Shown: positions 1-13,609 of the stretch, one piece after another
Position numbering within the stretch: position 1 is the stretch's first letter
How the letters are laid out: each line of letters begins with the position of its first letter
Source: Octopus vulgaris
Taxonomy: Eukaryota
Direction: 5' to 3'
DNA length: 64,000 bases
NCBI GenBank assembly: GCA_951406725.2
Contig: OX597823.1
Span: 57,288,001 to 57,352,000 of the forward strand
Translations under genes and position numbers: made by a program
Notes under the pieces: model-generated
What the model saw: the letters and a program-made list of their open reading frames with translations, nothing else
The model's database searches: none
Told to the model about the DNA's origin: nothing

Positions 1-190
1 CGTGCTGCTCTCTTAATTCGCTCCTGAATAGTGAAGCGACCGACCATCTGAAAAATAAAAAATAAGAAATAAGACAATAAGAAAATAAGAAATCCTCATT
101 AATATTCAAAAAATATTTTTGTTATGACTTCAGTGATACTCAAAATTCAATAAGCAATTTCTAATGCTTAGTTACTTTTTACCCACCCTG
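1..190. mobile_element. Terminal part of a Tc1/mariner-type element running off the window start
   Basis: Ends in GTTACTTTTTACCCACCCTG followed by TA, the reverse complement of a TA|CAGGGTGGGTAAAAAGTAAC Tc1/mariner-like TIR; the partner TIR is not in the window. Confidence 0.45.
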
Positions 191-220
191 TATATATACA
201 TATACACACATATATATATA

Positions 221-442
221 TGAGGGGGTGCTGAAAAGTTCCTGGCTTTGGGTTAAAGAAAATACGGGAGGATCAGTTAATTATCATTTTATTCAACACA
301 GATTCATACACTTCAGATTCACACACTTATTACAGCAGTCCTTCAATTTTTCTAAGCCTTATAAAAAAACTTGGAAGTTTGGGCCTCCAACCAGAATTTT
401 CGCGACACGCCCTAAAGTCAGGAACTCTACAGCACCTCCTGG
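221..442. mobile_element. Mariner-derived MITE
   Basis: Left TIR TGAGGGGGTGCTGAAAAGTTCCTGGCTTTGGG (221-252) and imperfect inverted right TIR CCTAAAGTCAGGAACTCTACAGCACCTCCTGG (411-442), flanked by TA; no coding capacity. Confidence 0.75.
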
Positions 443-464
443 TATATACATGTATATATATTCT

Positions 465-735
465 TTTATTCCTTGAGGATGCGGCCATGCTGGGGCACTG
501 CCAGTGTAATCACCTAATTAATTGGCCAATTCTATGGGTTTGGCTTTTGGTGAAGGAGGGAGTTCCATACCATTGGTCGCTTTTGAGTTTCCTGCCTTAA
601 TATTGGTTCATCTGGAATCTTGGATAGAAAGATTTGTTTCTTGAAAACATCTCCTCTCCATGGAGATCGCTCAGATGTTTTGGCAAGGAGTTAAATAGTT
701 GTGGGCCTTTGAATCCCAAGTTATTGCAGTACATG
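465..735 (-). mobile_element. 3' end of a CR1/L2-group LINE (degraded)
   Basis: Minus strand reads LGFKGPQLFNSLPKHLSDLHG.., typical of the ORF2 C-terminus, followed by the tail GGCAGTGCCCCAGCATGGCCGC; homologous to 4573-4790. Confidence 0.65.
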
Positions 736-860
736 GTCCTCACCTTAGATGACACAGCTGCGTCATTTGGAACAGTACAGTGACGTCAATTTCGTGGCCT
801 GGTTTAACTCTCTATTCCAAAGTATGGTTAGATTTCAACAGTAATTTTTTCCAATCATTA

Positions 861-1509
861 ATGGAAGTGACAAAGGAGCATATTTTGCTTTATGAGTTCA
901 ATAATGACAACAGTGCAACAGAAAATGCGAGGAATATTAATGCAATATATGGGGATTGGACAATAAGCATAAGTCAGTGTCAACGGTGGCTCCAGAAATT
1001 TCGAGCCGCAAACTACAGCCTAGAATATGGACCTTGTCCTGGAAGATCTGTAGAGCTTGTCGAGGACGTTCTGCAAATCCTGCTGGAACAAAATCCCATC
1101 GTAAGTGTTGAGGAACTAACAGAGAAGTTTGGATTTGGTCATTCGACCATGCAACGACACCTGCGTGCTGTCGGAAAAGTAAAAAAATTGGATCAATGGG
1201 TTCTTCACAAAGTCTAATAGCGCGCAGAGAGTGAATGCGTGCTCTTCTTTGCTGTCATATCTCACAAATGAATCATTTTAGCCCCACCCACTTTATTCGC
1301 CGGACATTGCCCCATCTTATTATCATTTATTCCGCAGTCTTCAAAATCATTTGGATAGAAAAAATATGAATTCCGTAGACTAAGTCAGAATAGTACTGGA
1401 AGAGTATTTTTCGTCACGGACAAGTAAATTTTGGATGAGGGGCCTTGCAAGTCTACCAGATAGATGGAAGAGCATTGTAGAAAATTAAGGAGAGTATATT
1501 TTACATTAA
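861..1509 (+). pseudogene. Mariner (Mos1/SETMAR-like) transposase pseudogene with internal deletion
   Basis: ATG at 861: MEVTKEHILLYEFNNDNSATENARNINAIYG..QCQRWLQKFR..GRS..WVLHKV (HTH domain plus WVPHEL-like motif). After a deletion, PHPLYSPDIAPSYYHLFRSLQNHL..LPDRWKSIVEN*GEYILH* (YSPDLAPSD-like motif) from 1282 with in-frame stops. Most of the DDD domain is missing. Confidence 0.92.
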
Positions 1510-1555
1510 AAAAGAACTTTGTTTATCTCAATTTTGAAAAATAAAAGAAGTTTAA

Positions 1556-1584
1556 AAAACCGCATTATTTACGGGATGACCCAA
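1556..1584 (+). mobile_element. Right TIR of the mariner element
   Basis: AAAAACCGCATTATTTACGGGATGACCCAA downstream of the transposase stop; typical mariner TIR (reverse complement TTGGGTCATCCCGTAAATAATGCGG). Left TIR not found. Confidence 0.65.
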
Positions 1585-1780
1585 CATCTTATGCGTTTAA
1601 ATGTGCATATGTATATGTATCAGTATGAACAGAGGTATGTATGTTTATATATATATGTAAAAAAATACAAAATAGGATAGGAACGCAAAACATCCAGAAG
1701 ACGATACAAAAAACACGGACGGGTCATTCGAAGCCTTTAATCTTCAGTCAAGAACCGGATCATCCTCGCAATTTCATACG

Positions 1781-1882
<102 letters not shown>

Positions 1883-1938
1883 GGGGGGGGTTTATAGACA
1901 CACATACTCATATATGCATACATATATATGTATATGTC

Positions 1939-1974
<36 letters not shown>

Positions 1975-2324
1975 TATATACACTTGTGTATGTATGTGTT
2001 TATGCGTATATAAATATATAATGAATTTTAAAATGTATAGTGAATACATAAACGTAAAGTATAAAGCGTATAACGTATACTGACTGCACAAACGGAAGAC
2101 AGATACAGGAGGTCCCTAATTCTTCATCAGTTATCATCCATATGGTATTACTCAGTTTCACGTATATATGTATGCATGTCTGTATCTATGTCGATTTCTG
2201 TCAGTAACTCTTCCTGTCTAGCATTCAAAACTCTCACACAACTCAGTCATTCAGTCAATCATCAGTCACCCACTGGATACTCATCCACTGACTCAGTTAA
2301 ATGCTCAGTAATATGCCTGCCTCG

Positions 2325-2560
2325 GGCGGCGGCGAGCTGGCAGAGACGTTAGCACGCCGGGCGAAGTGCTTCGCGGTATTTCGCCCGTCGCTACGTTCTG
2401 AGTTCAAATCCCGCCGAGGTCGACTTTGCCTTTCATCCTTCGGGGTCGATAAATTAAGTACCAGTTATGCACTGGGTTCGATGTAATCGACTTAATCCGT
2501 TTGTCTGTCCTTGTTGTCCCCTCTATGTTTAGCCCCTTGTGGGTAATAAAGAAACAAAAA
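2325..2560 (+). mobile_element. Full-length tRNA-derived SINE, family A (Deu/Nin-like central domain), with 15-bp TSD
   Basis: Head GGCGGCGAGCTGGCAGAGACGTTAGCAC, B-box GAGTTCAAATCC, central GTCGACTTTGCCTTTCATCCTTCGGGGTCGATAAATTAAGTACCAG, A-rich tail; TSD AATATGCCTGCCTCG at 2310-2324 and 2561-2575. Confidence 0.9.
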
Positions 2561-2579
2561 AATATGCCTGCCTCGTTTA

Positions 2580-3450
2580 CTTCAGATGACTTTGAAAATA
2601 ACCCACGCCTTGCTGAAATATAGCTTCCATACGGTGAGCCCTTTTGTCGCATAGACGAATGATGGTTGAACATAACACGGCTGAAAACCAACCATCGACC
2701 TATGGCCGCCTGTATTGGGTCAAAGCTTCAATACTTCTTGTAGTAGCCTCTACCTGTTTCCTTTGTCTCTTTCACTGTCACTACTGGATTTATGAAGAAT
2801 ATGTGATACTGCTCGTGGTAGTGTCTTGGTTTGTTGAAGAACCTGCACGATGAATATTATTATGGTGGGTGGAGGGAGACATCTTTTGCACAGAGCCTTC
2901 CTCCATTCTCGCCCTTCAAACTTTTACTGGTCCGATGCAACAGGTGTAACAAGCCCAGTAGTTATCAGGATCAGAGTTGATGTTAGAAAGTGTGGGGAAC
3001 AATTAGGGAATTGTCAGGGGATCCCTTCTCTACTAAAGCTAAACGCAAATGTTTTATGCTTCGTGAAGTACGCCAGTCCTAGCCAAAGAAGCGTTGAGGG
3101 TTGGATATGCTAAAAATTCATCAAAGCGTCCTCAGTTTGAGCGTCTGTGCGGGGCCTGATTTGAACAAACCTTTCTAATTGGCTTAAAACCTGCCCTGAT
3201 CAAGATACAGGTTTCGTATGGAGTTATCTTCTCTTAGATGAGCCGAGAAAGAGCTAACGGACGTCATGTACTCTGGGTTCGTTGGGAGTATCTGTGAGTG
3301 CCCTTCTGGAGACAATTTTGTGACTTACTAATTAATCCCTTAGATGGGATCCTGACAATTGCTGCTAGTCTGGATCAGAGTAAATCTAGAAACAATAAAC
3401 AATGGATGCTAAGTGGTGGTTCCACGTATTTCTCTAAAGTTTGGAATTCC
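2580..3450 (+). mobile_element. Highly degraded LINE ORF2 remnant (possibly L1/Tx1-like)
   Basis: Complex, non-microsatellite sequence with broken frames; near 3095-3140 a segment reads *GLDMLKIHQSVLSL, resembling the GGLG(M/L)P motif region of L1/Tx1 ORF2. Weak, by-eye similarity only. Confidence 0.3.
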
Positions 3451-3688
3451 AGAATCAGGGTCTCACTATTTAAAGTAATACTCAGAGCATATCAGGGTCT
3501 TACTATTTAAAGTAATACTCAGAGCATATATCTTCTTACACGCCATATGCATAAGTATTTACACATACGTAAAAAGCATACTTTTAGACAGTCATCAGTA
3601 AACATATATATGCACACTTCGTTGTATATGGAACAGAAGAAAATTATATAAAAATGTTCCCAAACACATATTCATTCACACACACACA

Positions 3689-3735
<47 letters not shown>

Positions 3736-3860
3736 GCAAAAACACACACATGTATAAAGGCGCACACTAACACACGTACAACAATGCTGGTCTTACAGGC
3801 AGACGCGCATGCTAAGACACTGATGCAAATCAATCAATACATACATAAATACATATATAC

Positions 3861-3892
<32 letters not shown>

Positions 3893-4518
3893 CTGTGTGC
3901 GATTGTGTGATTGTAGATGTAAGAATCCAAAGTATCATGTGAAAATTAATATGATTATTTGTGTCTTTATGTATGTGTACATACATGCAAGATATATATA
4001 TATATACACGATCACACAAAAATATTCACACACACACACACACATACACACACACACACACACACACATAAGGTCTAACACAAATATATATGAATATTCA
4101 AACACATGCACGTAAATCTACGTATAAACACATGCATACATAAACCAAAAAATGTACAGGCGAGTTTTCACCCACGCACTCAAACACATATGCACATACT
4201 CACTCTCACTCTCTCTCTCACTCACACACATACACATGCATACACGCGCACGCACGCACACATATACACGCGCGCGTGCGTGCATACGCAAACGCAGAAA
4301 TATATTACGATGTACAATGTCGCATTATTCACACAGAACAACATCTGCGCTAAACACCTACACCTATTTATGTGCTTACGTGTCCTTCTATATATGCGCG
4401 TGTCCGAATGTGGAAGTGTATGTATGTATTTATGTATGTATGTATGTATGTATGTATGTATGTATGTATGTATGTATGTATGTATGTATGTATGTATGTA
4501 TGTATCTATCTATCTTTC

Positions 4519-4572
<54 letters not shown>

Positions 4573-4573
<1 letters not shown>

Positions 4574-4790
4574 TGCATGGTGTGGATGTTGGAGCATCTC
4601 TTCTTGTCAGAGGTTCCAGATGAACCTACCTCTCAGCAGGAAACACAGATGCGGGCAGCGGCGTCGAACTCCCTTGTTGACCAAGTGCCACGTATCAGAG
4701 GTAATTTCACATACTAGTGTAGCTCATTCAACGGTGGTGCCCCAGTATGGCCGTAGCTTTCGGGCTGAAACGTTTTAAGGATTTTAAGGA
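4573..4790 (+). mobile_element. 3' end of CR1/L2-group LINE
   Basis: LHGVDVG../HLFLSEVPDEPTSQQETQMRAAASNSLVDQV (ORF2 C-terminus) then tail CGGTGGTGCCCCAGTATGGCCGTAG..GCTGAAAC with short tandem terminal repeats (TTTTAAGGA)x2. Confidence 0.75.
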
Positions 4791-4814
4791 TTTATGTATA
4801 TATATATATATATA

Positions 4815-5209
4815 TCTTTATATATAAAAGTGAAGTTGTGTGTCTGTCTCCTACGATTTAGATTCCTAACTACTCCCACATTTTGCTGTGCAGTGTAACC
4901 AAAAGCGGATATCTTATAGTCGTAATTCATATCGAGCCCTTCTGGGTATTAGCACGCGTTTACGATGATTCTACGATTTAAAAAAAAAATTACCATCATT
5001 TTTTCCCATTTTTTAATGCATTTTTTTGCTATTATATAAGGGAAGTAACTCTCTAAAAATGTATTATTAAATCTCAGAACGTAAAAAGCTACATTAACAC
5101 CCCCCTTTGTGGTTAGCCATATTGAGATGGCTATTATACTTTACATCTCTAAAAATGCTTATATAGTTATTTCCCTTACAAACCCGAGCAACGCCGGGCG
5201 ATACTGCTA

Positions 5210-5210
<1 letters not shown>
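4815..5210 (+). mobile_element. Non-autonomous Helitron
   Basis: 5' TC start (A|TCTTTATATATAAAAG), subterminal GC hairpin CCCGAGCAACGCCGGG, 3' CTAG|T end; second copy at 26071-26460 on the minus strand. Confidence 0.85.
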
Positions 5211-5265
<55 letters not shown>

Positions 5266-5276
5266 GTTACATACAT

Positions 5277-5328
<52 letters not shown>

Positions 5329-5339
5329 CCATATCTGTA

Positions 5340-5546
5340 ATTCTGTTGTGTCTGGGGAGAGTCATTCTCTTTTGGCGCCTTATAATTTAACACACTCACC
5401 GGTAAAATTCCCACTTACTTGTTTATTTTTCTAAAATATTCGTTGCGTCTTGCAACCTTTTCAATAGTCGTGGAAATTCTACCGGTGAGTGTGTTAAATT
5501 ATAAAGCACAAAAAAAAAAAATGACTCTCTCCATACACAACAGAAT
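5340..5546. mobile_element. Fold-back element (inverted arms 5340-5414 / 5470-5546), probably Penelope-derived
   Basis: Arms ATTCTGTTGTG..GAGAGTCATT..TTATAATTTAACACACTCACCGGTA..CCAC and its reverse complement; spacer holds a hammerhead-like motif on the minus strand (5431-5467). Confidence 0.65.
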
Positions 5547-6121
5547 ATGCTTCAACACACGAACTCACATAAAGAATCTTGTAAGCCAAAAGAAACTAAG
5601 AGTATACGCACACACACAACATGCAAACTTAATACATATACATGCATACATATATACATATACCATTACTGACTAGGTAATATACGCGTAATATATTTGT
5701 AATCATATATTTGTGAGCCCAGTTCCATGAGCATAGTATACAAGTAGGTATACTATAATATATATGAGGTTTGTCTGTATGGTTGTATGCATATATTTGT
5801 ATAAATGTGAACGTAATAAAAGTAGGGCAAAGTCTTTTTTCCTCTATGGAGGCGCAAGGACTCATACACTAGAACGCTGTTTCCTTCGTGACAAGGCATT
5901 TCATGTTTCTGGACATAAAGCTCGAAGTGATTCAACTAAATAAGCATAACGTATGAATACATGTATACATACACACGAGCACAGACATATAAATACATTC
6001 TAATATACGCGTGTGTGTGTGTGTGTGTGTGTGTGTACGTGTGCGTGCATGTGTGCGTATGTACACATGCGTGTGTGTGTATGTGTGTGTGCATAAATAT
6101 ATATATATATATATATATATG

Positions 6122-6223
6122 CATACATACATACAAACATACATACATACATACATACATACATACATACATACATACATACAAACATACATACATACAT
6201 ACATACATACATACATACATACA

Positions 6224-6251
<28 letters not shown>
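6122..6251. repeat. (ATAC)n microsatellite
   Basis: Directly visible. Confidence 0.95.
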
Positions 6252-6256
<5 letters not shown>

Positions 6257-6257
<1 letters not shown>

Positions 6258-6355
6258 GTAAATTCCCCAAGAGAGGAGCAACAAATACAAAAAAAAAAAC
6301 AACAACGCGAGTATGTGGTACATGTAAAATATTAGCAGACGCTCAAGGAAGGAAT
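6257..6355 (-). mobile_element. Short Penelope-like tail fragment related to 38620-38710
   Basis: Reverse complement TTCCTTCCTTGAGCGTCTGCTAATATTTTACATGTACCACATACTCGCGTTGTTG matches TTCCTGAGCGTCCAATAATACTATATTTGTTCCACGTCCTTGCGTTGTTG at ~38630-38680. Confidence 0.55.
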
Positions 6356-6429
6356 ACATACATACATGCATATACATATATATGTATATTTATATAGTCT
6401 ACATAAGGGGTTAATATTATTTCAAATTT

Positions 6430-7033
6430 GTCCATGCAAAATGCTTAGCACCATTTCGTCCATCTTCACGTTCTGTGTTCTAATTCTGCCGAGGTCGACT
6501 TAGCCTGTTATCCTTTCCGGTCTATAAAATAAAACATGCGTCAGTCGATCACTGGGGTCAACTTAATCGACCCACCACCCAACCCACCAAACTTACTGGT
6601 CTCGTACCAAAATTTGAAATCGTTATTACTTATAATTCTTTTTGCTATAGGCTCAAAGTAGGGTGTTAGTCAATGACATTAACATCAGATCTTCTCCTAG
6701 ATCGTGTTTTATCGACCCTGAGAAGATGAAACGAAAGGTCGACCTCAGCGGAATTTGAACTCAGAACGTTAAGACAGACAACATCCTGCAAAACATTTTG
6801 TCCAGCGTGCTTAATGATGATAATGGGGTTCAAATTTTTCCACATGGGAAACAATCTTAGGGGAGGAGATGAGTCGATTACATAGACTCCAATGTTTAAC
6901 TGGTACTTAATTTATCGACCCCGAAAGGATGAAAGGCAAAGTCGACCTCAGGGGAATTTGAACTCAGAACATAGCGAGATAACGCTAAGCATTTCGCCTG
7001 GCGTGCTAACGATTTTGCCAACACGTCGGCTTA

Positions 7034-7083
<50 letters not shown>

Positions 7084-7097
7084 CATCATCATCATTG

Positions 7098-7129
<32 letters not shown>

Positions 7130-7215
7130 CTGGGTTCTCATTCCTAAAGTATTTTCGATGTAGCTGTTGTTGTTGTTGTTGTTGTTGCTGTTGTTATTAT
7201 TATTATTATTATTAT

Positions 7216-7282
<67 letters not shown>

Positions 7283-7511
7283 CCTTTCTACTGGAAGCAC
7301 AAAGCCTCCAATTTGGGGGAGGGGATTAAGTCGATTAACCCCCAAAAGGATGAAAGGCAAAGTCGACCTCGGCGGAATTTGAACTCAAAACGTAGCGACG
7401 GGCAAAATACTGCTTAGCATTTCGCCTGTCGTGCTAACAATTCTGTCAGCCCGCCGGCTTAATTAATTAATAGATAATAATAATGATGATGATGATAATA
7501 ATAATAATAAC

Positions 7512-7571
<60 letters not shown>

Positions 7572-7712
7572 CATAACAACAAAAAAAAACAAAAAACAAG
7601 AAAACAAGCAAAACAAACAAAACAAGACTGCTGAAACTTGTGGATACCTAAGGCTCCAGGTAGTAATCCGCTACCCACATAAATCTTACCAGAAATAAAA
7701 CTGAATCTGACC

Positions 7713-7753
<41 letters not shown>

Positions 7754-7763
7754 AACAATAACG

Positions 7764-7807
<44 letters not shown>

Positions 7808-7820
7808 TATTATTATTATC

Positions 7821-7851
<31 letters not shown>

Positions 7852-8180
7852 GTTTCAAGTTTTAGGGGATGAGTCGATCACATAGACCTCAGCGTTCAAC
7901 TGGTATTTATTTAACTTATGAATCTCCGAAAAGATGAAAGGTGATGTCGACCTCGGCGGAATTTGAATAATAATAATAATGATAATAACAATAATAATAA
8001 TAATAATAATCCTTTCTACTGGCGGCACACGTTTGTGTGGAGGGGCGTTAGTCGATTACATCGACCCCAATATTTCACTGGTGCTTAGTTAATCGAGCCC
8101 GAAAAGATCTAAGGCAAAGTCGACCATGGCGGAATTTGAACTCAGAACGTGAAGACGGAAGAAACGCCGCTAAGCTACGT
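6430..8180. mobile_element. Cluster of about six family A SINE copies interleaved with (AAT)n/(ATT)n/(AAC)n tracts
   Basis: Plus copy at ~6430-6620; minus copies at ~6710-6810, 6825-7030, 7280-7460, 7850-7965 and 8010-8180, sharing variants of GTCGACCTCGGCGGAATTTGAACTCAGAAC. Confidence 0.85.
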
Positions 8181-8240
8181 GGAATTTAAAATGTTTAAAA
8201 AGTTACATGGAATTAAAAATATACCAATGTCTCTGGTCTT

Positions 8241-8272
<32 letters not shown>

Positions 8273-8286
8273 TGTATGTATGTATG

Positions 8287-8289
<3 letters not shown>

Positions 8290-8329
<40 letters not shown>

Positions 8330-8665
8330 AGAATATATAAGTGTGTGTGTGTGTCTTTGCATATGCATACATATCAAATATTTTTATCCACATATATACA
8401 TGCTCACACGTGTGTGTGTGTGTGAGTATATATATATATATATATATTCAATTAAATCATGTATGAAATATAAATGTGCATGCATGTATACCCACAACAC
8501 ACACAGAGACACATATGTATGTACTTATTATATAAATACATTTATGTGTGTGTGTATTTATGTACGTGTATATATATACATGTAAATATATAAATATATA
8601 TATATATATGCATGTATGTATATATATAATTATGTGTGTGTGTGATTGTATATGTACATTCGTAA

Positions 8666-8722
<57 letters not shown>

Positions 8723-8760
8723 AATTCATTGATATATGCATTTAGGAGTCTTTATGTATG

Positions 8761-8810
<50 letters not shown>

Positions 8811-9146
8811 AGAATATATAAGTGTGTGTGTGTGTCTTTGCATATGCATACATATCAAATATTTTTATCCACATATATACATGCTCACACGTGTGTGTGT
8901 GTGTGAGTATATATATATATATATATATTCAATTAAATCATGTATGAAATATAAATGTGCATGCATGTATACCCACAACACACACAGAGACACATATGTA
9001 TGTACTTATTATATAAATACATTTATGTGTGTGTGTATTTATGTACGTGTATATATATACATGTAAATATATAAATATATATATATATATGCATGTATGT
9101 ATATATATAATTATGTGTGTGTGTGATTGTATATGTACATTCGTAA

Positions 9147-9223
<77 letters not shown>

Positions 9224-9263
9224 AATTCATTGATATATGCATTTAGGAGTCTTTATGTATGCT

Positions 9264-9298
<35 letters not shown>

Positions 9299-9643
9299 GA
9301 GAATATATAAGTGTGTGTGTGTGTCTTTGCATATGCATACATATCAAATATTTTTATCCACATATATACATGCTCACACGTGTGTGTGTGTGTGTGAGTA
9401 TATATATATATATATATATTCAATTAAATCATGTATGAAATATAAATGTGTATGCATGTATACCCACAACACACACAGAGACACATATGTATGTATGTAC
9501 TTATTATATAAATACATTTATGTGTGTGTGTATTTATGTACGTGTATATATATACATGTAAATATATAAATATATATATATATATATGCATGTATGTATA
9601 TATATAATTATGTGTGTGTGTGATTGTATATGTACATTCGTAA

Positions 9644-9688
<45 letters not shown>

Positions 9689-9750
9689 AATTCATTGATA
9701 TATGCATTTAGGAGTCTTTATGTATGCTTATATATATATATATATATATA
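8290..9750 (+). repeat. Tandem repeat, 3 copies of a ~481-489 bp microsatellite-rich unit
   Basis: GAATATATAAGTGTG anchor at 8331, 8812 and 9301; unique segments (CAAATATTTTTATCCAC, TTCAATTAAATCATG, CATTTAGGAGTCTTT) recur almost identically in each unit. Confidence 0.95.
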
Positions 9751-9939
9751 TTTATATACGTCAAAATACTGACAGCGTTGAAGACAGCTTACGCTTCCAT
9801 TTTTTTTTCAGAATGTTTTCTTCTACATACATGCATACATATACACACACATACATATATTTGTGTGGGGGGGTGGGGGGGGGGGGAGTGCGTGTGTTTG
9901 TGTGGTGTGTGTATGTGTGAGTGTGTGTGTGCGTACGTA

Positions 9940-10278
9940 CGTTGCTGAGGCCCCCTTCGGTCATGACTAACCATGGGATCTCATCTAGAAAGTTACTCTC
10001 CCAGGCACAAGTCCGGGCAAAGTTGGAAGACCAGCAGTTACCCATGCATACCGGCCTCTCCTCTCCACGCCACCAGTGTTATCCAAGGGAAAGGCAAAGG
10101 GGCCGATACAGCTTGGTACCTGTGACGTCGCAACTCATTTCTACAGCTGAGTGAACTGGAACAACGTGATATAAAGGGTCTTGCTCAAGAACATAATCCG
10201 CAGACCAGTCAGGGCTTCGAACTTACAACCTCACGATCGTAAGCTCGACGCTCTAACCACTGAGCCATACGCCTTCAC
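9940..10278 (-). mobile_element. tRNA-derived SINE, family C variant
   Basis: Minus strand head TGGCTCAGTGGTTAGAGCG (A-box), AGTTCGAAGCC (B-box), GTTCTTGAGCAAGAC..CAGTTCACTCAGCTG body. Confidence 0.85.
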
Positions 10279-10814
10279 TATGCGTACGTATATACACATA
10301 TATCTGCGTGTGAGTGTGTGTATATGTATTTCGTGCGTTTGGAACTTCTCAAATGCTTGATAAGTGTCAAAACACGAAACCCTCGGCCCTTGAGTCAGTC
10401 TGTTGCTAACGCTAAATATTAATAAAAAATATACATAGACTCATATTTTGAGTGCTATTTTTTCTGTTTGCATCACTATACGCACATATATGTTCATACA
10501 CACACACACATACACATATACATATATGTGCGTATGTTTATGTATGCATGCTATGTATATACTATGTATATGTATATACTCTATTTCTTGGAACACAGCT
10601 CATATAAATATACACTTTATACACACTCATAAATTCCAGCAAATATATTGCACTGTATCAATTAAGCGTATACACAAGACACAAAGACACGGCGTTAATA
10701 TATATTTATACTGACATTAATATGCAATTATGCATATATTTATATCTGTATCTGTTTATCTCTCAGTCTGTCAATCTGTCTGCTGCCTGCCTGTTTGCAT
10801 GCATGCCTACCTGT

Positions 10815-11127
<313 letters not shown>

Positions 11128-11226
11128 AATATATCCGTGTGTGTGAGTGCTTGTGCGATACACACACATATATGTATGTATATACTAAATATGTACGTTT
11201 TTATACATCTAAGTGCATAATATACC

Positions 11227-11305
<79 letters not shown>

Positions 11306-11328
11306 ATGTACGTTTGTCTGTTTCTGTA

Positions 11329-11359
<31 letters not shown>

Positions 11360-11459
11360 ATACACACGCTCACACAGACATTTATAAGTATGCACACACA
11401 GACACATGCATACACACATACACACACGCGCACACACACACAAACACACACACACACAT

Positions 11460-11513
<54 letters not shown>

Positions 11514-11945
11514 CAATATATACATGTATACAGACGTATATGTCTATATGTCCATCATTATGCATATACATAGGTGCATATGTCCTTAGAAACGTATTCA
11601 TACATGCGTGCACACCTATAACTGATACATATGTGTGTGTGTGTATTTGAATATTATATATATATCTATGAGTGTGTATGTGTGTGTTATATTATATTAT
11701 ATTATATAATAATTAATACACATATCTATATAAAATTATAACATAAATGTGGATATAGGTATGTATACACCTAAACATATACACAGTACGTACAATACAT
11801 ACATATGCATATATATATATATATATATATATATAATTGCTGTTAAATAGATAAAAATATATATATATATATATATAGACACACGTAGTTATATTAATAT
11901 TTACATACATATGTGAACATTTAGATATTCCTACATCCGTATTTG

Positions 11946-11983
<38 letters not shown>

Positions 11984-12054
11984 CATATATATATATATAG
12001 ACACAGACACACAGACATATGCATATGAATGTGTGTTCACACACACACGCATGC

Positions 12055-12090
<36 letters not shown>

Positions 12091-13609
12091 GTCCATATAT
12101 ATTACATACGTACGCATTCATACGTACATCTACATACTCACGCCTACACACACACACACACACACACGCGCACGATATGTGACTGTATGACCACATATGC
12201 GCACGCACGTCTACAAAATACACACACACATACACGCTTTATACATAAAAGCAGTAAACATCACCAGTGAAAGAACTCAATTTATATCGACACATAACCG
12301 GACAGACGTAGACAATTTAACACTAAAATACTCAGATACATCCAATAACTTATGCATCTAATCACACTCACTGTCTGTGTTCCTCATACCTCACTCTTGC
12401 TATCTCGCTTTCTCGTTTTTCCTCCTACTTTTAGCTATATCGTATACACACTGCTCTTTATCCACTTAAGGCAACTCTACATTTTTTTTTTGTCCTTTAC
12501 TCTCTGGCTATCAATGTCACTCTCTCACTCATTCACTACACTCTCGTTCGCTCAATCATTCACTAAATCTCTCACTCATTCACTCATTCATTCATTCATT
12601 CATTCATTTATTCTCTTTTTACACATACCTACATACTCATTTGCTTCTCTCACTAAATCACTCTCCTTACCTCAGTGCTTCTTTTCTCTCTCTCTCTCTC
12701 TCTCGCTCTCTAGCTCTTTCTCGTCTATTTCTCATGCACGCAAACACACACACACACAAACACCTACCCACACACACACACACACACACACACGGATATT
12801 CGCATATACGCACGCACTTTCTCACTCTTCTCTTATTCTTTCTTGTCCCGCCGTCTCTCGTCTTCCTGCATAGATCATAGACAGATTCGAACGTAAAACC
12901 ACTTCATTAATATATGTACAAACACACGTTCTCCCATACAAACTTTGAACATGTGTGTGTACGCGTGCGCATGTGTTTGTGTGTATGTGTGTATGTGAAA
13001 GAGAGTGAAAGAGAAAGAGAAAGAAAAGGAGAAAGATGGGAAGACTTTCACAAGAATTCATGCAGTTACATACGTATACTGACTGATAGTATACTAAAAA
13101 CGAAGCAGACTGTATCTCCTTGTGTTTGTTTCAGTCACTGAACTGCGGCTCTGCTGGGGCACTGCCTTAAAGAGTTTAGTCGATCAACTCAACTACGGTA
13201 CGTAATTTTTTTAATGACCGGTACTTTTTCCTATCTGGGTCTTTTGCCAACCGCCAAGTTTCGGGAACGTAAATCAACCAACATAGGTTGTCAAGTGGTG
13301 ATGAGGTGAAACACGAAACGAGCACACTCGTAGACACGAGCGCTCCTCTCTCGCTCGCGACTCATAATGTCGGATTTCTTTCAGTTCCAGTCTACCAAAT
13401 TCACTCATACACATATATACACTTACACATATTCATGAGCCCGAACACAACAAGCACGCAAGTACACACAACACACACACACATCAATTGTGTTTATGTG
13501 TGTGTGAGTGTGTGTGTGTATGTGCATTCGTGGGGCTTTGGTCGGCCCGCGGCTATAGTTGAAGGCACATGCCCTAGGTGCCGTACATTTGAACTGAACC
13601 TGAGACCGC

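Noticed and set aside
601-625. TATTGGTTCATC as left TIR of the mariner
   Set aside because: Only a short match, and it lies inside the CR1-like LINE remnant.
3454-3528. 36-bp tandem duplication (similar small duplications at 31350-31387 and 48268-48350)
   Set aside because: Ordinary slippage-type duplications; two copies only and no spacers, so not CRISPR-like.
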